A stretch of DNA of 64,000 nucleotides, from assembly GCF_009914755.1 (NCBI RefSeq), contig NC_060933.1; one strand, given 5' to 3'. Of the stretch, positions 56,661 to 64,000 are shown one piece after another. How positions within the stretch are numbered: position 1 is the stretch's first letter; each line of letters begins with the position of its first letter. Under the pieces are notes generated by a model. The model saw nothing but the letters and a program-made list of their open reading frames with translations. It did no database searches and was not told where the DNA came from. Made by a program: the position numbers and the translations under genes. This stretch comes from the human T2T-CHM13v2.0 reference genome, Homo sapiens.

Positions 56661-58754
56661 TCCAAGACTCCTTACCCTTTCATTGCCCACTCCTGCTTTT
56701 TGGACATCACATAGGATACCCTGCCCAGACCCAGCCTCAGTAACCTGTCCCAGCATGACTTTCCTGCCCTTATCTCCTGCATGGGGGCTGGAGGGACAGC
56801 ATTCACAAACCACAATGACGAAAATAATGAAGAACAATAGCCTGAGATTTCTTCTATTTTCAAGAATGTGGGCTCTGTAACAAATACCCAGATCCAGAAA
56901 CTTCCTGTTTATAAAAGGGGGTCCAGCAGTTCAAAGCAGGGCTTGCTTTTCAAAGAAGCAATACGCGCCCTGTGCACACAAGGAGAGCAAAGACTCTTAG
57001 CCCTGTGGGAGGAGATCTCCAAAGGCCACAATATCATCTCCCCTCACAGTAGATTATTAATCCCATTGTCAATGTAAGCCCAGACAGGGCGCCCAGATTC
57101 CAGGCCCGTCTGTGTTTCCCACTGTTCATGCTTGAGGACTAGCATGATGACTGGACAAGAGGCAGATGAAGTGGACACAGAATCCAAAGTAGACAAATAA
57201 TTTGAATGCAGGGATAAGCACACCTGTCAAGATATACCTTGGAAAACAAAACTCCTTCACACTTCAGATTCCTCAGGAAAGGCCCAAGGTCTTAAAGGAA
57301 GATGCCCCACACAGATTTCCTGTTTAAAGGAAAATATAGCTTTGTTGTAGCAAAAGTCAAAGGCCTAAGAAGTAAGATTCAGGAGCTTTCCTGTGATGAG
57401 GGAAAGCTGTGAGCCATAGGAGGCTTTTGATTATTCTTATTCCTGTGGGTTAATAAATTGGAAAAGAAGAAAAGCTGAAAGCTGGAGAGCTGCTATAGAC
57501 GACTGCAAAAGGTTCAGGGATGTGCTGGGCATATCAAAGACAAGGGTCCCTCTAAATTTTCTTAATTTATAAGCAGATGACAAGGCAGCATATGCAGGCC
57601 ATTGAGCAAAAGCAGCAATAATTTAAAAGGAATGAACACACAGGTTTAGTGTCATAAGAGAATAAAATTTATGGCCAGGTTAATCTGATGTATGTAGCTA
57701 ATGGGGTGCATAATTGTGACTGTGCTTTGGGAATAATTTGGCATAAATGGTAAACAGTTTATGTAATTAAGTGTAATTGTTGTGCTACATAACTGAACAC
57801 ATTTTAGCTTTTTCTTTTCTCACTTCAAGTTTTCTAGTATCCATACTATTAATACTGTAAATGTGGCTATTTTTTTCTGATAGTAACACTGAATTAGCGT
57901 CCTCATGAGGCAAACCCAAACCAGTTAGCAGTTGAACTTTCACAGTCTGTCCCTTCTACCTACTCCTGTCTTTAGATCTCCCTGTCTTCCAAGGAGGGTC
58001 CTCCTTGGTTAGAACAGTTATTTGGGCTTCACCGCGCAGAAGCAGAAAGGGGAAAAGAAAAATCAGCACACCCATTGGAACCGAGAATTAGAGAAAAGTT
58101 TGCTGCAAGAGTTGCTGATGTGCTATGTGAAAGAGTTAGATGATAGAGACAAGAGGAATTCTTTTAAATGTGTTACTGTGATCCACTATTGCATCAAGAA
58201 ATGCAAGTAAAACCTTTAGGTTATTTTGAACTTTCTGTGGATTGCTGGATTTTTGCTTTTTGAGTTTTTGGGGTTTTTTGGGGCCATGATACAGTTCGGA
58301 GACTAGACTACATGGGTCACATTATAAGTGTTTTAACCATTATCTCAAACACTGATAAAAATATCTTTTAAAGACCTCAAATCTCACTCCCCAATGGCGT
58401 GGATTCCACTTTCACTAATTCTCATGCTATGTCTCAGGACCCTGGACTACCCAATTCCACTCTGCCAGTATGTCTGTCAATTTTTCACACCTGTGCAAAG
58501 TTTCATACACAGAAAGGATTATTTAAAGCTATTTGGTTAATCATAACTGCTAAAATTATAAATGCTAAAACTTAGGTTTTCTTATGTTTTTAGGTTCAAT
58601 TTATAAATTTTGTTATTCTGTTTTTAAAAATCTCAAAAAATATAGCTTTTACTTTTAGTTTGTAGTATGTTTAACTACAAATGTAGCAGGTTAGATCTTA
58701 CTAAGTGGTATAATCTATTTAAAAATTAAATTAATTAAAATATCAGAAACATTT

Positions 58755-59111
58755 TGTGATGGTGTTTTGATTTGTCAATGTGGCTAGGCTGCAGTCCCCC
58801 AGTTAATGAACCAAATTTCAATCTCAATGCAGCTATGAAGAGATTTGAATCCTTATTCTGTTCACTTTAACTAAGGGAGAGATTATTCTGGGTGAGCCTG
58901 ACTTAATCAGTTGGAAAGCCTAAAAAGTAGGGCAGAGGATTTTCCCTTCTAATGGCCTGCCTTACAGACCTCAGACTTGCTTAGCCCTTGCTTTCCAAAA
59001 GCCAATTCCTTGTAATAAATCATACATGCATGCATGCACATGTATGTATACACACACACACACACATCTCCTACTGGATCTGCTTCTCAGATTAAGCTCT
59101 TGAATGATACA
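58755..59111 (+). mobile_element. MLT2-type ERVL solo LTR (internally deleted)
   Basis: tgtgatggtg...gaatgataca; perfect 5-bp TSD cattt at 58750-58754 and 59112-59116. Confidence 0.8.
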
Positions 59112-61090
59112 CATTTACACATTTCAAATTTGGTATAACTGATTCTTTCACAAACATAAAATATCTCACAGGGCAAACTTACAAACAATATAAGCAAAAT
59201 TTTTATAAATCTAATAGGATACATTTTAAACTTTAAAAAATCAGTTTTTCTTAAATATGCAACACTGCTTATAAAACTATATTCTCACTTTCAAATTAAA
59301 CACAAATAATAATTAAGCATCGCAAATTACAATCACAAAGCTAATATGCAGTTTCTCTAAATTGTCAATTTTTCTCGATATTTCAAATGTCTAAAATAAC
59401 AAACAAGAAAGATTAAGATAATTATTCTAATCTATCTTCTGAAAACACAAAAGTTTCATTTACTTCATTATTTCTCTATTTATTGGTATACATTGCCAAA
59501 GTTACTCAACATCACTTACCCAACTCTTAAAAGCCATAAAACTGAATTTGAATCAGGGTAAGTGGTTTAATTCAGGAAAATAAAACAAACAACTGAACAG
59601 TAAGCTCAGCCTGCCTAAGATATAGTGAAGAGATTTTATTTCACAAGTGGGTCAGAAAAAGTTTTAAAAGACAAATACCTATGAGAAGTATCTGAATATG
59701 AATTCAGTTTAACTTAATAAGGTAAATTCTATTTGAATCTTTCCTGTTTTGACAGAGGGGAAACTTCCAAATAGCTGGAGGTGGCTGAGTTGAAAAGAAG
59801 GAGGTGTTAGTGAAAGAAAACAGGAGCAGACCATGGAGGACAAAGTTTAGGGAACTAACCCAACGATGTACACATAGATTCACAGCTTCATGAAAACTAT
59901 GATATCGATGAGAGCTGAAGCTGTGGATATGGAGAGCCAGAAAGATACTCAAGAAAGCTTCCTATAGAAAAATTGGCAAAGCTTGGTGAGGCCACCTGAA
60001 AGGTCTACCATGATTTGAGAAGCAATGCTTCAGGTGGATGAACTGATTCTGAATACTGCCTATTACAAAGATAGATATATATCGAAGAAGAAATACATAT
60101 AACAAAGTTAAGGATTTTTGTTGTTGTCATTTGTTTTAAACTTCTCAAGGAGGGTTTCCCTTAAAAAACAAAAACAACAATAACAAAAGAAATCTACTTC
60201 CAATGAGAAGGGAGGAAAGGAGACCTGGAGTCACAGAGGCCAGGGCAACTGGAGTCTGAAGGCCTCACAGCAACTTCCAGCAGAGTTGAGGCCATTGGGA
60301 GTCCAAGAAAGGAAACCGAAAGAGCCTTCAGGTTAAAGAGTCTAGTACAATTTTGCATAGTTTTAGAATAGGGATTTAGAGATTGGTAGGAATGAGAGCA
60401 ACTGAAGATGTAAGAAAATTGGAGGCAAGAGAAAGAGGAAAATTTTGAAAAGTGTTATTAGAGTCCCATTAGTTTTCTTTGAAAAATTCTAATAAAGGCT
60501 GGAACTATATTTTAATTACTTTTGCTTGCTGGACTGTGTGTCTAACTGCACCTGGGCCACTAAACAGTCTAGAATTTATTCAGATCACATATATTCAAGT
60601 GACTCACTAAATTCTGCTATGCAGAAATGGAAAGGTATACTTTTTGTTGCTTGCCAAAGTACAGATATCAACTTCTTCTCCAGAAAAGCAAATCTGCTTT
60701 CCAAAAAGTCATCTTTTTTCTTATATTCAGGGACAAACAAAATCTGTCTGCCTTTTGTAGGTTTATGTATTTCTCAGGCACCACATTATGTGAGTTTCAA
60801 AGAAAATGTATAGTGCTGGTGGCAGGGTACATTTATTCAATAATTTATTAAGCAGACATCTTTTTAGAAGCCTCCATGTGCCCAGCATTGTGCTGGGTTC
60901 TGAGATCAAGGGATAAGACTCAAATCCTTCAAGAAATTTGCAGCCTGGTGGAGAAGACTGAATTGATTCTCCCAATCCTTTTGGAAACTGATTTAGCAAC
61001 AATTATTTTAAAATCAGACAAATTTAAATTCTAACCCAATAAATCTATTCCAAGAAATTCGACCTGACAAAATCATTTTTATTTTTTAAA

Positions 61091-61210
61091 TTTAATTTTT
61101 AATTACAATTTAAAATTTTAATTTTTAATTACAATTTAAAATTTTAATTTTTAATTACAATTTAAAATTTTAATTTTTAATTACAATTTAAAATTTTCAT
61201 TTTTAATTAC
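61091..61210. repeat. 26-bp AT-rich minisatellite, ~4.6 copies
   Basis: Unit tttaatttttaattacaatttaaaat, identical at 61091, 61117, 61143, 61169; partial fifth copy at 61195. Confidence 0.95.
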
Positions 61211-61219
61211 CTCAGTAAT

Positions 61220-61430
61220 TAAAAGCCAGATGTCAGTTCCAATCCTGTTTCTGCCACTTATTAGACTATTACTTAGCTTATCGTGGGGTAAGTAATTGCA
61301 GAGAGCACTTAGCTATCTGCAATATGAAGATAACGATTCTAGCACACGAGGTCATTGTAAGTATTAACTGCGATAACATACGTAGAGTTTATCACTGTGC
61401 CTGAGTCGTGGAAGATGCTTAATAAACAAT
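61220..61430 (+). mobile_element. MIR SINE
   Basis: 'agccagatgtcagttccaatcctgtttctgccactta...atgcttaataaac'. Confidence 0.65.
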
Positions 61431-61749
61431 CATGTCTCCCCTTAAGTGATAACCACAGAGGGGTTACAACTACACAGAAATCTATAAACATGTGAATGAG
61501 GCTGAAAAATTATGTGCTCGAACTAGTTTTGCTTATTTTTTTTTAATTTTAATTTCTGAGAATGCATTTCTGTGGCTGAAACTTCAAGCTCCAGGCTCCA
61601 AAATATATTCATATATTTCGTGGAGTTGGAGAATGTGTTTTTCCTTTTCCAAAGACAAGACACATTTTGAAACATAATAAAGAAAGAGCAAGGCTTTTTC
61701 TTGATTTCCACTCAAAATTGGTGTTGGACATTCAGCAGCACGACTTAGC

Positions 61750-62220
61750 CACTCATTTATTAGCCACTCAACAAACATTTACTGAAGATCTACTATGTGC
61801 CAGATACTAGGCTGGTGGCTGGGCATTGGGAGTGAAATGACAACCCCTCTTTGCATTTGAGGGGTCTATTTCTGGTATTTACTGACAAATCTATTATTAT
61901 AGAACAAGTAAACCCCACGACAGAAGCCTGGAAGAGAGGCAACTCAATAACGCTGGTTAGTTACAGAGTGCTTCCTGGAGAACATAGTGCTTAAATTGAG
62001 TTTTAAAGGAGGAGAAGCAGTAGCTAGATAAAGCTAGAAAACATATCTCATTCAGTATTGATGATAACTAAGTTTAAAAGTTGGGGAACAGAGTGAATAG
62101 TCAAGTTTTCAGCCTATCTGCCAAAATGAGTACTAAGAGGATTCAAGAAAGAGGGAAACTGAGACAAAGGAGCTGAGAAGGAACATGCCCAGAAGAAAGA
62201 AAAGTATATGCAAAGGCAAA
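61750..62220 (-). mobile_element. L2 fragment interrupted by a 151-bp local duplicate
   Basis: 'cactcaacaaacatttactgaagatctactatgtgccag', 'gcttcctggagaa...gagttttaaagga' [insert] 'gcccagaagaaagaaaagtatatgcaaaggc'. Confidence 0.7.
62036..62186 (+). repeat. Direct duplicate of 63662-63812
   Basis: 151 bp, ungapped, 7 mismatches by manual alignment (~95% identity). Confidence 0.95.
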
Positions 62221-62406
62221 TAAACAGGATAAGTGACCAAGGGCAACCCAAAAAAATCATTCCACACTTAACACTTAGATTGTACTCTCTGGAATTGTTC
62301 TTCAGATTAATTTAAACCATTTTTCACATTTACCAATTTTTCTCACAAGAAAGGAAGCCTTAATGCTGAAATTGCCCCAACATATTTACCACTTTGCCCC
62401 CCATAC

Positions 62407-62503
62407 TGAGTGAAAGATAGCCAAGGGAATCATAAAGTTTGCAACAAATTGACCACAAATTATTTTTTCAAGAAACAGGTCTCACTTAGGATTAATGATA
62501 ACT
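62407..62503 (+). repeat. Older diverged duplicate of 63600-63695
   Basis: Shared 'ggaatcataaagtttgcaacaaattgaccacaaattattttt' / 'ggaatcataatgtttgcaataaattgaccacagattattttt'; ~80% identity by eye. Confidence 0.85.
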
Positions 62504-64000
62504 GATCACAGCTTCTAAGGAATACATAACAATAGCAATGATTCAGAAAAGTAGTGAAACAGAGCATCCCCTAAAACACTTATTTTCTCAGCTGTCTTAC
62601 TTTGGCAGAAGATGGACTTCCTCAGAGTGACCAACAGCACAGTAATTTTACCCAAAATGTGTCTAAACACATTTTCTCTTAATACCACCTTTTTAACCTT
62701 CTCACAAGGACTTTACGCCGCATTAAAAGCAAGAAGTGGAGATGGGCAAATTGAGTATGACTAGCAAAAAGGGTGTGTTTACGCTAATTAAGAGAGATAA
62801 TGCTCTCTGATGTATCAACATTATATTAAATGGAGGCACATCTCACACAAGGTTGGCATCTGAAGTTTGGATGTGAGGCACATAGTAAGTATGGTCGAAA
62901 GTACTGTTGAACATCCCATAAGCCACCCACAAAGAGTAACACACATGTTTTGTGTTGAAAACCCTGTTCATTGATGTGTGTGTAAATGAATAATGCATAC
63001 AGTAATAAAAGTCTATAATAAGAGGCACCTATGCAAATGAAATTTAAGGCATTTTCATGGTATTTAAAAGATCACTTGCATAGTTGAATTTAAAAACTTT
63101 AATATATGATGTGTCTCCACTGCTCAATACTTAATGCCAGTGGAGGAGTCTAGGATTTTTACAGGTCTAAGGAATATACTCTGGCAGAGAGAGCACTGAA
63201 GTTGAAATTGGAAGAGCTGGGTTTAAGCTCTGCTACTGTGACTTATTGAAAAAGAGGGCTTACATCTCATGTCACATCAAATCTTTATAGTTTTTGTCCA
63301 AAATGTTAAGATAGTCTTGGAAATACTTGTGTCTGTATTTTGGCATGTGATATGTTGACACTGTGAACTAGATATGAAAGTAAAAGAGCCCTAGGCCACT
63401 GGGCCAGGAACTCATGGCTTCTATTCCTTTCTATGCTTAATAATAAAAATCAATCCAGGACCTTTTTATTTACCTTGGGTATCTTTACTAGTTCTCTTAC
63501 TACACCGCTCAATAAATGTTTAGGCTATTTTTAGAGCTACAAACAGTAACAATATTTTTAAACAGAGTCAAGGAGGTTTCCCCCAATAGCCTCACATGTT
63601 GAATGAAAAACAGCCACAGGAATCATAATGTTTGCAATAAATTGACCACAGATTATTTTTCAGAAAACATATCTCACTCAATATTGATGATAACTAAGTT
63701 TAAAAGTTAGAGAACAGAGTGAATAGTCAAGTTTTCAGCCTATCTGCCAAAATGAGTACTAAGACGATCCAAGAAAGAGGGAAACTGAGACAAAGAAGCT
63801 GAGAAGGAACATTATTCCATTGTCCACAGCCCTGAGAGTTAAGGAAGTTATACATGTGGTCATTGCCCAGGTCCACTATCTTTGGAACCTATCAGAACTT
63901 AGAAAACCAAGGTAACTTTTTTTTAATCCTAACCTCTATACACTCTAATGGAGACAGCCCTTTGGATATGAATAGCTAAATTTGATTTCTCAAAGATGGC

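Noticed and set aside
62843-63028. 61-aa ORF or small coding exon
   Set aside because: GTG start and no recognisable homology; better explained as non-coding motif-rich sequence

Overview
Primate (human-like) genomic DNA, AT-rich and dominated by repeats, consistent with a gene desert or large intron. I can support no host protein-coding exon; every recognisable long ORF comes from LINE-1. Contents: a full-length but inactivated L1PA3 (28.5-34.7 kb); a TSD-flanked L1PA15/16-type element with a ~3 kb monomer-built 5'UTR and ORF1 but almost no ORF2 (13.5-18.1 kb); three 5'-inverted (twin-primed) L1 insertions; five Alus; MaLR/ERV solo LTRs; several DNA transposons (MER2, MER30, MER63A, Charlie1a, Tigger3a, MER104, MER45A, MER5); and MIR/L2 relics. 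The most notable observations are: (1) the ORF2-less L1, whose junction fits either a microhomology deletion or a spliced-out intron (a possible non-autonomous ORF1-only L1 lineage); (2) an orphan ~150-bp mRNA-3'-end retrocopy inside a Charlie1a; (3) a hairpin-forming template-switch mutation in L1PA3 ORF2; (4) a 151-bp locally templated insertion plus an older local duplication at 62-63.8 kb. Several motif-dense unique stretches are candidate enhancers. Repeat family and subfamily names come from recalled consensus sequences, not a database search. Boundaries of old repeats are approximate.
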